A stretch of 64,000 bases of DNA from Nanobdellota archaeon (lineage in GTDB: Archaea > Nanobdellota > Nanobdellia > Pacearchaeales > GW2011-AR1): assembly GCA_023397215.1 (NCBI GenBank), contig JAEWUG010000032.1, positions 1,514-65,513 on the forward strand. The letters are read 5' to 3'. The first letter of the stretch is position 1, and the number at the start of each line of letters is the position of its first letter. The position numbers and the translations under genes were made by a program. The notes beneath the pieces are model-generated. The model was not told where the DNA came from, did no database searches, and saw only the letters and a list, made by a program, of their open reading frames with translations. Positions 28,984-39,936 of the stretch are shown piece after piece.

Positions 28984-30573
28984 TTAATCGTAATCTAACA
29001 TAGAATTTGGATTATTCAAATTATTTCCTTTTCTTTTTTTTGCAGCAATTAAATCATCAATTCTAAGTATCATTATTGCTACTTCACTTGCAGAACCAAT
29101 TGCTTGAGTTTTAACTTTTAAAGGTTCAATAATTCCTTGTTTTAACATATCTTCAATTTTATTATTAAAAAGATTTAAACCAAAATTAGGATTATTAGAT
29201 TCATGAGCAACTTTTAATTCTGTTAGAATGTCTATAGGATCTAGTCCTGCATTTTCTGCTAATGTAATTGGAATAAACTCTAGACTCTCAGCAAAAATTT
29301 CTACTGCTAATTGTTCTCTACCATTTAAAGTTTTTGCAAATTCTTTTAATCTACGTGATAGTTCTATTTCAATTGCTCCTCCTCCTGCAACAACTTTTGA
29401 ATCTTTTAAAATGGAAGCAACATCACCTAATGCATCTTCAATAGCTCTTTGTATTTCATCTAAAATATGATCACTACTTCCCTTAATTAAAATTGTCAAA
29501 TTTTGTGGATTTTCACAGCCTATGATATAAGTAAATTCGTCGTCATTAATTCTCTTCTCAAATACTTTTTGAGCAGAACCAAGACTTTCTAAATCTAAAT
29601 CTTCTAATCTTGCAACAATTTTTGCATTTGTAGCTTTTGAAACAGCTTGCATATCTGATTTAGGAACTCTTCTTATTGCATAAATTCCTGCTTTTGCTAA
29701 ATAAAATTGAACTGATTCGTCAATTCCTTTTTGACAAAGAATTAAATTAGCCCCAGTCTTTTTTATTTTTTCAACTTTATTTTTTAAAATAATATCTTCT
29801 TGGGAAATAAAACTTTGTAATTGTTCTGGAGAAGCAATTGAAATTTTACTTGTATTTTCTAAGGATCTTAATTCTAAGGCTTCTTCAATTAAAGCAACTT
29901 TAACATTTTGAATTTCTTTAGGCATATCCATTGAAACTCTTCCTTTATCTAAAATTATCCCTTGAATTAATTCTGTTTCTTCTATTGATTCTCCTTTTTG
30001 TTTTTCTATTCTAATATTTTTTATATCAAAATCTTTTCCTTGGTTTAATAAGGTGATTGCTTGGAGAATAATAGATGAAAATTTTTCTTTTAAATATTCA
30101 GCACTTTTTCCAGTCATTGCAGTCTTTGCAACTTGTATTAATTCTTCTTCTGTACTAATATCTATTGTTAAACTTTCTAAAATTTCAATTGCTTTTTTTT
30201 GGGCGAGCCTGTAACCTTGAGTGATAATTGTAGGATGTATTTTAAGGTCTAATAATTTCTCTGCATTTTCTAATAATTTACCTGCGATCATTACTACTGT
30301 TGTTGTACCATCTCCAACTTCTTTTTCTTGAGTTTTAGAAACTTCAACTAACATTTTTGCAGCAGGATGTTCTATTTCCATTTCTTCTAAAATTGTCACA
30401 CCATCATTTGTTATTGTAATGTTCCCTGCATTATCTAACAACATTTTATCCATTCCCTTTGGTCCTAAAGTTGTTTTTAATGTTTCTGCTAAGATTTTTG
30501 CTGCTAATATATTATTCCTTTGTGTATTTCTTTTAGAAACTCCTTGTAAAGATTCATCATTTTCTTCCATCAT
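28984..30573 (-). CDS. ths: Thermosome subunit (group II chaperonin)
   Basis: [28 protein letters not shown]-binding motif, VAGGGA motif; 529 aa. Confidence 0.9.
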   Translation of the reverse strand: MMEENDESLQGVSKRNTQRNNILAAKILAETLKTTLGPKGMDKMLLDNAGNITITNDGVTILEEMEIEHPAAKMLVEVSKTQEKEVGDGTTTVVMIAGKLLENAEKLLDLKIHPTIITQGYRLAQKKAIEILESLTIDISTEEELIQVAKTAMTGKSAEYLKEKFSSIILQAITLLNQGKDFDIKNIRIEKQKGESIEETELIQGIILDKGRVSMDMPKEIQNVKVALIEEALELRSLENTSKISIASPEQLQSFISQEDIILKNKVEKIKKTGANLILCQKGIDESVQFYLAKAGIYAIRRVPKSDMQAVSKATNAKIVARLEDLDLESLGSAQKVFEKRINDDEFTYIIGCENPQNLTILIKGSSDHILDEIQRAIEDALGDVASILKDSKVVAGGGAIEIELSRRLKEFAKTLNGREQLAVEIFAESLEFIPITLAENAGLDPIDILTELKVAHESNNPNFGLNLFNNKIEDMLKQGIIEPLKVKTQAIGSASEVAIMILRIDDLIAAKKRKGNNLNNPNSMLDYD

Positions 30574-30674
30574 TATTAAAATAAGTAATTTTATCTTTTA
30601 AGAATTTATACACTCTAGAGATATAATCTATTATTAAAAGTAATATTTATAAATACTTTAATTATTTTTAATAT

Positions 30675-31382
30675 ATGATTATTCAAAATATATTTGAGGG
30701 TGATTTTAATGATGAAGTGCATAATGATTTTATAAAATTTTCAAGAGGAGAATTTAAAGATAGATATTTAATTGAAGCAAAAAAACAAACAAATAAATGG
30801 TCTATAAAAACTAGTTTTGAGTTTACAAATTCTTTTGTTAAATCTTGTTTAGAAAAAGAGAAGAACACTTTTAAAGTTACAGGTATTATTTCAACAACAT
30901 TAGATATTAAAGATGATATCCCCTTTGAAATATCTAAAGTAAGTCAATTTCAAGGAGTTAAAAAATATATTATAAATACAGAAGTTAAATCTGAAGAAAT
31001 ATTAAATTTAATAAAAAAGTATCCAAGAGTTTTTTTTGCATTAAGTTTTAAAGGAAAAGACTTTGAATTAAAAGTAAAAGCTAAACCTCCAAAAAGTGGC
31101 TCTTCAAATAAAAAAGATGATGAAGAAACTAAAGCTGATTTTTGTACATTAAAAACAGATGATAAAGATTTATTAAATCAAATTTTTTTTGATGTAGGTT
31201 TAAATTGGAAAGAAGCTAAAATAAATCATACAATTAAAGTAGAAAACATTATTTATCCAAATGATATGGATAAGTTAAAACCTGCACAAGTAAGAGAATT
31301 ATCTAAAAGAGAAGGAATTCTAATAAGAAATATTACTTTAGATGATAAAAAACAAGTAAAAGAAGCAAAGTTTATTGCTTAA
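30675..31382 (+). CDS. Hypothetical protein
   Basis: 235-aa soluble ORF with no recognisable motif. Confidence 0.3.
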   Translation: MIIQNIFEGDFNDEVHNDFIKFSRGEFKDRYLIEAKKQTNKWSIKTSFEFTNSFVKSCLEKEKNTFKVTGIISTTLDIKDDIPFEISKVSQFQGVKKYIINTEVKSEEILNLIKKYPRVFFALSFKGKDFELKVKAKPPKSGSSNKKDDEETKADFCTLKTDDKDLLNQIFFDVGLNWKEAKINHTIKVENIIYPNDMDKLKPAQVRELSKREGILIRNITLDDKKQVKEAKFIA

Positions 31383-31384
31383 AA

Positions 31385-33778
31385 TTATTCTAAGAACTCT
31401 ATTTTAAAATCACCTTCTAAAATTTCTCGAGCATTACTTACATTTTTGAAATCATCTAACATTCCATTTAAAAGTTCTAATTTTTCTGATGGTAAATACA
31501 GTTTAATTTCTGTTTTCATTGATTTTTGAGCATCACTTTTATTTTGTCTTACTTCTTTTAAAATATCTAAAAATGCATCATAAATTTTTAAGTCTGTTTC
31601 ATCACTTTCTATTTGAGAAGGCCATGATGTCAAATGAATTGATTTAATCTTTTCATTTAAAATAAAATATTTTTGATATAATTCTTCTGTAATAAAAGGA
31701 ATAATTGGTGCAAACATCTTTAATATATTTAATAAAGCTTTATACAAAACATATTTAGCAGATTCTTTTTCTGAATCATTTCCATTATAAATCCTTTTTT
31801 TAATAATTTCTAAATAATTATCACAAAAATCTTTAAAGAAAAATTGTTCAGTTTCATATTTTGCTTTTGAATATTCATATAACTCAAAATAATTTGTAGT
31901 ATTTTGAATTGTTTGATTTAATTTTTTTAAGAATAAATTATCAAATTTCTTTAATTCCTTAGGTTTGATAGGAGAATAATTTTCTAAATTTAAAAAAACA
32001 AAATTTGTTGCATTTATTATTTTTGTAATTAATTTTTTACCAGATTTTAATTCATTTTCTGGGAAGCTTAAATCTTCACCAGGTTTTGAATAAGAAGATA
32101 AATATCTTAAAACATCAGAACCCCATTCATTAATTACTTCTTGAGGAGAAATACCATTTCCTAGAGATTTAGACATCTTTTTTCCATCTGAACTTAACAT
32201 CCAACCATTAATGAATAATTCTTCCCAAGGTTTTTGATTATAATGAAGATATGATTTTAAAATAGTATTAAAATCCCAAAATGTGATTATATCATGACCA
32301 TTTCTTCTTATATTTAATGGTTTATCTTTGATTTTATTATAAATTTTAGTTTCTTTCAAAATATCTTTAATTATTGTAGGTGTTAAAGATGAAGTTGCCC
32401 ATGTATTCATAATGTCTGTTTCAGGAATAAACTCTTCACAACCACAATTAGGACATTTTTTTAATGAAGGCTTTGATTCTAAAGGGTCTATTGGTAAATC
32501 TTCTTTTCTGGCTAGAATAACCTCATCACAATTTTTACAATACCATACTGGAAAAGGAATTCCAAAAGGAATTTGCCTTGAAATACACCAATCCCACTTT
32601 AATCCATTAACCCAATTATTATATCTTGTTTTCATAAAATCAGGATACCATTTTATTTCGTCGCCCCATTTCAACATTTCTTCTTTTAAATCTAAATATT
32701 TAACAAACCATTGCTTTGTAGTTATAAATTCAACAGGAGTATGACATCTTTCACAAACATTTACAACTTGAAAAATTTTTTCTTGTTTAATTAAAAGATT
32801 TTCTTTTTTTAAATCTTCAATAATCTTTTTTCTAGCTTCTGTGATTTCAAGGCCCTTATAATTCTCACAAATTTCACTCATTGTTCCATCTAAATTTAAA
32901 GCATTTTTAATCTCTAAATCATATTGTTTTTGCCATTCCATATCTGTTTGATCTCCAAAAGTACAGCACATAACAATTCCAGAACCTTTGTTTGGGTCTG
33001 CTTTCTCATCAGATAAAATAGGAACTTCAAAATTAAATAAAGGGACTTTAGCTTTTTTACCAACTAATTCTTTTGCTCTTACATCTTTTGGATTGATAAA
33101 TAAACATACACATGCAGGTAATAATTCTGGACGAGTTGTAGAAATAATTATATCTTTAGTTTTTACTTTAAAAATAATATCATTAAATAAAGTCTCTTTT
33201 TCAAAATCAACTAATTCTACTTGAGCTATTGTTGTTTGACAATTAACACACCAAAGAGATGGAGATTTTGTTCTATATTCTCTTCCTTTATTATATAAGT
33301 CAATAAAACTCTCTTGAGAAATCCTTCTAGAACGATCATCTATTGTTGAATAAAATAAATCTAAATCAGCAGACATTCCAGACCTTTGATAGTCTTTAAT
33401 AAATGAAGGAACATATTCTTCTTGGATTGTTTTATGACATAAATTAATAAAATCTTCTCTAGACATATTCTTTGCTTTGATATTTTTTTCTTTTTCAATT
33501 AATTTTAATGTTGGGAGTCCATTGTTATCTGTTCCAAAAGGATTCAATACATTAAAACCTCTCATTCTTTTATATCGAGCAATAAAATCTTGTTGAGAAT
33601 CACCAAAAAAATGTCCCATATGCAATTTTCCAGAAACTGTTGGAGGAGGTGTATCAATTGAAAAAATAGGTTTTTCTGAATTAAAATCAAATTTGTAAAT
33701 TTTCTCTTTATTCCAATATTCTAACCACTTATTCTCTACTTCATTGAAATCATAAATTTCTTTTTTTTCTTTTTTCAT
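31385..33778 (-). CDS. valS: Class I aminoacyl-tRNA ligase, most likely valine--tRNA ligase
   Basis: PPPTVSGKLHMGH (HIGH-type motif) and KMSKSLGN (KMSKS); the editing-domain region and the 797-aa length fit archaeal ValRS better than Leu/IleRS. The assignment within the subclass is inferred. Confidence 0.6.
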   Translation of the reverse strand: MKKEKKEIYDFNEVENKWLEYWNKEKIYKFDFNSEKPIFSIDTPPPTVSGKLHMGHFFGDSQQDFIARYKRMRGFNVLNPFGTDNNGLPTLKLIEKEKNIKAKNMSREDFINLCHKTIQEEYVPSFIKDYQRSGMSADLDLFYSTIDDRSRRISQESFIDLYNKGREYRTKSPSLWCVNCQTTIAQVELVDFEKETLFNDIIFKVKTKDIIISTTRPELLPACVCLFINPKDVRAKELVGKKAKVPLFNFEVPILSDEKADPNKGSGIVMCCTFGDQTDMEWQKQYDLEIKNALNLDGTMSEICENYKGLEITEARKKIIEDLKKENLLIKQEKIFQVVNVCERCHTPVEFITTKQWFVKYLDLKEEMLKWGDEIKWYPDFMKTRYNNWVNGLKWDWCISRQIPFGIPFPVWYCKNCDEVILARKEDLPIDPLESKPSLKKCPNCGCEEFIPETDIMNTWATSSLTPTIIKDILKETKIYNKIKDKPLNIRRNGHDIITFWDFNTILKSYLHYNQKPWEELFINGWMLSSDGKKMSKSLGNGISPQEVINEWGSDVLRYLSSYSKPGEDLSFPENELKSGKKLITKIINATNFVFLNLENYSPIKPKELKKFDNLFLKKLNQTIQNTTNYFELYEYSKAKYETEQFFFKDFCDNYLEIIKKRIYNGNDSEKESAKYVLYKALLNILKMFAPIIPFITEELYQKYFILNEKIKSIHLTSWPSQIESDETDLKIYDAFLDILKEVRQNKSDAQKSMKTEIKLYLPSEKLELLNGMLDDFKNVSNAREILEGDFKIEFLE

Positions 33779-33859
33779 ATAATAAAATATAAATTACTCT
33801 TTAAAAAATTGTTGATATTATTTAATTAAATTTATTAATGAAAAATAATCCTTTAATTT

Positions 33860-34441
33860 ATGAAAAAAGTACTTATTGCAAGTGATATACATAATGATAA
33901 AAGGGTTATTGAACATTTATTAAATCTATCAAATAAACATAAAATTGATTTAATTATTTTAGCAGGAGATATTGCTACATATGATTCTTTTAATCCAGAG
34001 TTAATTAAACCTTTAATAGAAAATTACAAAGTTTTGTTTATCCCTGGAAATTGTGACTTTGACGAAGATTTAAAGAAATTTGATAAAAAAGCAATAAATA
34101 TTGACAAAGAAATTTATTTTTTAGAAGATATTGCAATTATTGGGATTGGATGTAAAAATTGGAAATTAAAATTAACTAAAAAAGATTTTAATGAATTAGA
34201 TTTAAAATTTAAAGAAATTAAACCAAAAAAAACAATTTTAATTTCTCATTTACATATTAAAGACACAATTGCAGAATTTTCAGGAATTCAAGGAGATGAT
34301 TATTTAAAAAAAATAATATTAAATCATCAACCGATGATTGCATTTTGTGGACATGTTCATGAAGCAGAAGGAATGATTGATAAAATAGAAAAAACAAAAA
34401 TTATTCAAGTAGGAAAAAAAGGATTAATAATTGAAATATAA
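33860..34441 (+). CDS. Calcineurin-like metallophosphoesterase
   Basis: IASDIHND, LILAGDIA, IPGNCD and GHVHE motifs of the MPP superfamily. Confidence 0.65.
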   Translation: MKKVLIASDIHNDKRVIEHLLNLSNKHKIDLIILAGDIATYDSFNPELIKPLIENYKVLFIPGNCDFDEDLKKFDKKAINIDKEIYFLEDIAIIGIGCKNWKLKLTKKDFNELDLKFKEIKPKKTILISHLHIKDTIAEFSGIQGDDYLKKIILNHQPMIAFCGHVHEAEGMIDKIEKTKIIQVGKKGLIIEI

Positions 34442-34487
34442 TTTATTAAACAAAAAGTAATTAAAAGCTTATTATTTTGAGTTAAAC

Positions 34488-36590
34488 ATGAAAACAAGTA
34501 AAACAACATTAATTATTACTGAAAAACCTCAAGCAGCACAAAAAATTGCATTTGCACTTTCTAATGGAAAAGATGAAAAAATAACAACAAAAGATAAAGT
34601 CTCTTATTATACATTTCAAAAAAATAAAGAAAACTATATTGTTGGTTGTGCTGTTGGACATTTATTTAGTATTCAACAAATTGAAAAAAGAGGACCTTTT
34701 CCTAATTTTAATGTTGAATGGCAACCTGCTTACAACAAAAAAGACTCTTCATTTACAAAAAAATATTTTAGTGTTCTAAAAAAATTAGCAAAGGATGCTG
34801 AGAATTTTATTGTGGCAACAGACTTTGATAGAGAAGGTGAAGTAATTGGATGGAATGTTATTAGACATATTTGTAAAAAGAAAGATGCTAAGAGAATGAA
34901 ATTTTCTACACTTACAAAAGAAGAATTAGAAAAATCATTTGAGAAATTATTACCTTCTATTCAAAAAGGACAAGCATATGCGGGAGAAACAAGACATTAT
35001 TTAGATTGGTTTTATGGTATTAATTTATCTCGTGGTTTAATGAAAGCTCTTTCACAAACAGGCCATTTTAAGATTTTATCTATTGGTAGAATTCAAGGAC
35101 CAGCATTACATCTTTTAGTTGAAAAAGAAAAAGAAATTCAGAAGTTTATTCCAACTCCTTATTGGCAGATTTTTCTTCAAGTTCAAGATATTAAAAATCA
35201 AAAATTAGAAGTTAAATTTATTCAAGATATTACAAAAGAATCTGAACTATTAAAATTTCAACATTTAAAAGGTAAAAAGGCAATTGCAGAAACAACAATT
35301 AAAAATGAAGAAGTTCCTGCTCCTATTCCATTTGATTTGACAACTCTTCAAACAGAAAGTTATAAAAGACATAAATTCACTCCATCTCAAACATTACAAA
35401 TTGCTCAAAAATTATATACTGAAGGAATTATTTCTTATCCAAGAACATCTTCTCAAGAATATCCTGATTCAATAGGTTATGATAAAATATTAAAACAATT
35501 AAAGAAATATACTACTCTCGTAAAATATGCAACTAAAAAGAAACCAACAAAAGGAAATAAAACAGACCCTGCTCATCCTGCAATTTATCCAACTGGAGAA
35601 ATGAAAAAATTAACTCCAAGTGATAAAAAAATATATGATTTAATAGTAAAAAGATTTATTTCTTGTTTTTGTGAGCCAGCAATTGTTGAGAATAAAAAAG
35701 TAGAAGTTAAAGTCAATGATTTATTATTTAGAGCAAAAGGATATCAAATTAAAGAAAAGAACTGGATGAATGTATACCCTAGTGATATTAAAGAAGAAGA
35801 GATTTTTGCATTAAATGGAGATGTAAATATTAATGAAATTAGAATTGAAGAAAAAATGACTAAACCTCCAAAAAGATATACTCAAGCTTCTTTGATTAAA
35901 GAACTTGAAAAAAGAAATTTAGGAACAAAAGCTACAAGAGCACAAATTATTGATACACTCTTTTCAAGAGGATATGCTAAAGGAAAATCTGTTGAAGTTA
36001 CAGAATTAGGTTTAAAACTAGATGAAACCCTCACAAAATTTGCTCCTTTAATCTTAGATGAAAAATTAACAAGTGATATGGAAATAGAAATGGAAAAAAT
36101 AGAATTATCAAAAAAGGATTTTGAAAAACAACAAGAGAAATTATTAGATAAATCAAAAAAAACAATTGAGATTATTGCTAAAGATTTCACTAAAAACTTA
36201 GAAAAGATTGGCGAATTATTATCAGATGCAAACCAACAAGTAATCAAAGAAGAAATTGAAGAAAATACAATGACTCAATGTCCCAAATGTAAAAAAGGTC
36301 AACTAACAATAAAATATGCTAGACAATATAATAGATATTTTGTTGCTTGTAATAATTATCCTGAATGTAAAACAACTTATTCCTTACCTCCAAATGGATT
36401 TATGAAACCTGCAAGAGACAAAGAAGGAAATTTAGAAATGTGTCAAGAGTGTAATTTCCCTTTAATTGTATCTATGAGAAAAGGAAGAGCACCTTGGAAA
36501 TTTTGTTTTAATCCTGATTGTTCAACAAATGAAGAATTAAAAAAGAAAAAAGAAGAATTTAAAAAAAGTTTAAAGAAAAAGAAAAATTAA
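34488..36590 (+). CDS. topA: Type IA DNA topoisomerase (TopA/Topo III-like) with C-terminal zinc ribbons
   Basis: N-terminal Toprim (LIITEKPQAAQKIA, ATDFDREGE), the catalytic-Tyr region ISYPRTSS, and C-terminal CPKC...C and C..C...C.C zinc ribbons. Confidence 0.85.
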   Translation: MKTSKTTLIITEKPQAAQKIAFALSNGKDEKITTKDKVSYYTFQKNKENYIVGCAVGHLFSIQQIEKRGPFPNFNVEWQPAYNKKDSSFTKKYFSVLKKLAKDAENFIVATDFDREGEVIGWNVIRHICKKKDAKRMKFSTLTKEELEKSFEKLLPSIQKGQAYAGETRHYLDWFYGINLSRGLMKALSQTGHFKILSIGRIQGPALHLLVEKEKEIQKFIPTPYWQIFLQVQDIKNQKLEVKFIQDITKESELLKFQHLKGKKAIAETTIKNEEVPAPIPFDLTTLQTESYKRHKFTPSQTLQIAQKLYTEGIISYPRTSSQEYPDSIGYDKILKQLKKYTTLVKYATKKKPTKGNKTDPAHPAIYPTGEMKKLTPSDKKIYDLIVKRFISCFCEPAIVENKKVEVKVNDLLFRAKGYQIKEKNWMNVYPSDIKEEEIFALNGDVNINEIRIEEKMTKPPKRYTQASLIKELEKRNLGTKATRAQIIDTLFSRGYAKGKSVEVTELGLKLDETLTKFAPLILDEKLTSDMEIEMEKIELSKKDFEKQQEKLLDKSKKTIEIIAKDFTKNLEKIGELLSDANQQVIKEEIEENTMTQCPKCKKGQLTIKYARQYNRYFVACNNYPECKTTYSLPPNGFMKPARDKEGNLEMCQECNFPLIVSMRKGRAPWKFCFNPDCSTNEELKKKKEEFKKSLKKKKN

Positions 36591-37312
36591 TTTAAACCGA
36601 ATTTATAATCTATTTTCTTTGAATCGTAAATTTCTTTTTTAAATAATAATCTTTGTAAGTTTACTTTAATTATTTTAAACAATAAAGAAAAATAATTCTT
36701 TTTAAATCTTCTAGCAGAAGTATAATTATATATTTTTAATATTTTAAATTTACCAATTTTAGAAGATTCATTAAAATAATGACTATCTTCTCCATAAATT
36801 ATTCTTTCATCAAAACCATTTATTTTTTTATGAATTTCTTTTGTAGATAATATCCCTGCTGCTCCAGTACATAACTTCCTAGAGAAATATCTTGAAGAAT
36901 AAATAAAAAAATTATTTAATGCAAATAAAATTCTATATTTTAATTTATCATCTACCTTTAATAAAAATGTTGCAACTTCTATTCCTTGATTAAGTAAAAT
37001 ATTTATTCTCTCTATAAAATTTTGTTTTAAAATAATATCAGAATCTAGAAATAGAATATTATTATAATTAGCATTTTTTTCACCTTGGTTTCTTGCATAA
37101 CCAGGACCTTTTGCTGATTTTAATTTTATAATTTTAAACTTATTAAACTTTCTAGAATAATCTTTTGCAATTTTAAGAGTATTATCTTTACTTTTACTAT
37201 CTACAAAAATTATTTCAAAGTTTTGTTTTGTTTGATTTAATAAAGACTCAAATAAAGGCGAAAGATATTTTTCTTCATTTAATGCAATAATGATTATACT
37301 TATGTTTTTCAT
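36587..37312 (-). CDS. Family 2 glycosyltransferase
   Basis: ISIIIIALNEEKYL...FEIIFVDSKSKDNT...LFLDSDI (DxD) is the GT-A fold pattern. Confidence 0.7.
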   Translation of the reverse strand: MKNISIIIIALNEEKYLSPLFESLLNQTKQNFEIIFVDSKSKDNTLKIAKDYSRKFNKFKIIKLKSAKGPGYARNQGEKNANYNNILFLDSDIILKQNFIERINILLNQGIEVATFLLKVDDKLKYRILFALNNFFIYSSRYFSRKLCTGAAGILSTKEIHKKINGFDERIIYGEDSHYFNESSKIGKFKILKIYNYTSARRFKKNYFSLLFKIIKVNLQRLLFKKEIYDSKKIDYKFGLN

Positions 37313-37344
37313 ATTTTATTTTGAAATAAAAAGTTTATATAATT

Positions 37345-38076
37345 TTAGAAAAGAGTAGATTTCTTTTTTATACCTAGATTATTAATTTCAAAGATCATTT
37401 CTTTTTCTTTTATACTTCTATGTTTTTTTAAAATCATTTTTCGTTTACCAAAATTAAATTGTAACTCAATTAAACATTTACTCCAGTATTTTAATAAATC
37501 CCCACCAACCATATTAACAGATTTTTCAATTTTATCTAAATCTTGAACAAAATTAGAATAAACTTGATTTGTTACTAAAATACAAATATTCTTTTTTCTT
37601 GCAATTTCATTTAAGAGCATTAATTGTTTTGCTAATTTTTGATTTACTTTTTGTATCTCCTCTGTTTTTTTTGTTTGAATAGCATTTGCTAATTCAATTC
37701 TGTATAACATGCCTATAGAATCTACGATAATTAAAGAAAAGTTTGTATTTTTTATTTTTTCATTTAATTCTTCAAAAATTTTCTCTTGTTCTAAAAAATT
37801 TGTTGGTTTGAAAATAAAAACATTTTTTAAATCTTTTTTTATCTCTTCAGAAGAACCATTATGAATTTGTTTATAACGATCTATAGAAAAACTTGCTTCT
37901 GTATCTATAAATAAAACTTTATTACCCTTTTTTGATTGGCTTACACAAACACACATACAAAAATTACTTTTTCCACTACCACCAGGTCCATAAACAGTAT
38001 TAATAATATCTGTTTCATAACCACCATATAAAAATTTGTTCAAGTCATAGCTACCTGCTGATATTTTATTCTCCAT
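37345..38076 (-). CDS. radB: RecA-superfamily recombinase paralog RadB (or KaiC-like)
   Basis: Walker A GPGGSGKSNFCM, a Walker B-like LIIVDSI, and 243 aa with no N-terminal HhH domain, typical of RadB. Confidence 0.6.
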   Translation of the reverse strand: MENKISAGSYDLNKFLYGGYETDIINTVYGPGGSGKSNFCMCVCVSQSKKGNKVLFIDTEASFSIDRYKQIHNGSSEEIKKDLKNVFIFKPTNFLEQEKIFEELNEKIKNTNFSLIIVDSIGMLYRIELANAIQTKKTEEIQKVNQKLAKQLMLLNEIARKKNICILVTNQVYSNFVQDLDKIEKSVNMVGGDLLKYWSKCLIELQFNFGKRKMILKKHRSIKEKEMIFEINNLGIKKKSTLF

Positions 38077-38115
38077 TTATATAAAGAGAATTTTAAAGTT
38101 AAAAGTATTTAGATT

Positions 38116-38907
38116 CTAAATATTATTTATAAGTTCTAATTCTTCCTTAAGCTTAATTTTTTCTTCAGGATGCATTTCTTTAGAAATATGGATATCTTCA
38201 AAATGTATGGGTTGCCATAAATAAATTTTTTTATCATTTGCTAAATGAAGTAAAGGTAAAAATAAAGATAATTTTTGATCTTTTTCATAAGCAATCTCTT
38301 GAAATTTCATTAAGTTTCTTCCAGAAATTAGAATATTCTGAGTTATAACTGAATACATTTTTTGAATCCTAATTGTTAATGGAACTTGTTTTTTAGGAAG
38401 TAAATTTGAAGTTGCTTTTTGTGTTTGAAATGTTTTAATTTGTCTTTTAATTCTTTTATTTTCAGTATTAATTGCATGATTTAAGGCTTTCATTAATTCA
38501 TCAAGAGTTACTTTTTTGTGTCTTGCTAAAGGTGTTTTTAAAACAAGAATAGGTAAACTTTCTTCGTCTATTTCTTCAAAAGAACTAAAATTCAAGATTG
38601 ACTGTATTTCTTTTTTTCCATAAAGTGAATCATTTAATTCTTGAATATAATCATCAGCTAAAATGTCAGACTTTAATCTTAAAATTAAAGCACAAGCAAG
38701 TAAAACTTTAGAAGAAATAAAAAAATTTTCTTCTTCAAGCCTCTTAATTGTTTCAATATATTTATCTGCTAAAATGGTTAAGTCAATATCCCAAGGATCT
38801 AATTGTTCTGTTTTAATTAAATCATAAATAATAGACTGCCAACTTAGTTCATTACTTGTTATTAAATCAAAAAATTGATTCTGATTAATTTTATCCTCTT
38901 TTTTCAT
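38116..38907 (-). CDS. scpA: Segregation and condensation protein A (kleisin ScpA)
   Basis: N-terminal LDPWDIDLTILADKYIETIKRLEE...SSKVLLACALILRLKSDIL matches the ScpA N-terminal domain. Confidence 0.6.
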   Translation of the reverse strand: MKKEDKINQNQFFDLITSNELSWQSIIYDLIKTEQLDPWDIDLTILADKYIETIKRLEEENFFISSKVLLACALILRLKSDILADDYIQELNDSLYGKKEIQSILNFSSFEEIDEESLPILVLKTPLARHKKVTLDELMKALNHAINTENKRIKRQIKTFQTQKATSNLLPKKQVPLTIRIQKMYSVITQNILISGRNLMKFQEIAYEKDQKLSLFLPLLHLANDKKIYLWQPIHFEDIHISKEMHPEEKIKLKEELELINNI

Positions 38908-39026
38908 AAATAAAATTATCTTAATTGTTTAATAAAGGTTAGGATAAATTTATTGTCACTAACCAATCATAACAAACCAAAAGATTTATAAACTATGTAT
39001 CTTTAATTATATTATCACCTCTTTTT

Positions 39027-39082
39027 CCCCAGGAGAGAGCGATAAGGCCACTATTTAGCTCGCTTTATCGCATCTCCCAGGG
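39027..39082. ncRNA. GC-rich imperfect hairpin (candidate structured RNA element); function and strand unknown
   Basis: CCC-a-GGAGA-ga-GCGATAAGG-[15-nt loop]-CTTTATCGC-a-TCTCC-ca-GGG, a stem of 3 + 5 + 9 bp with small internal loops. It sits as a GC island in an AT-rich 250-nt intergenic spacer between rps27ae and scpA. Confidence 0.3.
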
Positions 39083-39161
39083 TTATAATTATTTTAAAAG
39101 TACTTTATTAATTTAAAAATAATATTATTTAAAATTAAATATATTTAAGAAAAGTTAGATT

Positions 39162-39386
39162 TTATGCTAATTTTGCTTCAACTTCTTTTTTATCAAATTC
39201 AGTAAAGTGACATCTTCCACAATAAGCTCTTCCTTTTCCAAGAGATAAAAAAATACCAGGACCACATCTTGGACAAGTTCTTGCTTTAATTAATTTTTCA
39301 CCTTCAACTTTGTATTTTGTATATTTTTTAGAAGGTTTATTATTAATATGTTTTTTCTTTCCTTTAATTTTTGATTTAATTGCCAT
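39162..39386 (-). CDS. rps27ae: Ribosomal protein S27ae (eS31)
   Basis: Basic N-terminus followed by a C4 zinc ribbon CPRCGPGIFLSLGKGRAYCGRCHFTEF. Confidence 0.8.
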   Translation of the reverse strand: MAIKSKIKGKKKHINNKPSKKYTKYKVEGEKLIKARTCPRCGPGIFLSLGKGRAYCGRCHFTEFDKKEVEAKLA

Positions 39387-39750
39387 CTTTTATTTCTTCT
39401 CCTTTTTTTAATTCTAATTCCTTTTCTTTTGCTTCTTTTTCCTGTTGTTTTTTCTTTTTTAATTCAGCTTCAAGAGCTCTTTTTTCTTCTGCTAATTTTA
39501 ATCTAACTTTTTTAGGTATTATTGTATATTTTTCTTTTGATTCTTTACTTTTATAAACATAAATTTTAATGCTAAAAGAATTTTTCCCAAAATTATTATT
39601 TATTTTTTGAATAACTGTTAATTCAGGATCTTTTCCCAATTCTGCTATAATTTCTTTTTTTGTAGGTAATGTTTCATTAATTATTTCAAATAAAAATTCA
39701 TCTCTTTCTAAAAAAGGATTTTCAATTTGTTCAATTATTTTTGATTTCAT
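39376..39750 (-). CDS. rps24e: Ribosomal protein S24e (eS24)
   Basis: NPFLERDEFLFEI...TKKEIIAELGK...FGKNSFSIKIYVYKSKES aligns with eS24; conserved neighbour of S27ae. Confidence 0.8.
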   Translation of the reverse strand: MKSKIIEQIENPFLERDEFLFEIINETLPTKKEIIAELGKDPELTVIQKINNNFGKNSFSIKIYVYKSKESKEKYTIIPKKVRLKLAEEKRALEAELKKKKQQEKEAKEKELELKKGEEIKDGN

Positions 39751-39935
39751 TTTGTTTTAATAGCAAACTCTCCTTTTTTATGTATTTCTAATTTATTCGC
39801 AATTTCAGATTTTTCAGGATTAAAAACATAAACTCTTCCTTTAAATGAATCATTTGAAGGTGTTTCTCCACAAATAGGACATTTATCTCCTTGATATATT
39901 GCTTTACAATTTAAACATGCTTTTTCTTTTGCCAT
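39747..39935 (-). CDS. spt4: Transcription elongation factor Spt4 / RNAP subunit E''
   Basis: CLNCKAIYQGDKCPICG zinc ribbon followed by a PEKSEIAKKL-like segment (FNPEKSEIANKLEI); 62 aa. Confidence 0.8.
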   Translation of the reverse strand: MAKEKACLNCKAIYQGDKCPICGETPSNDSFKGRVYVFNPEKSEIANKLEIHKKGEFAIKTK

Positions 39936-39936
39936 T

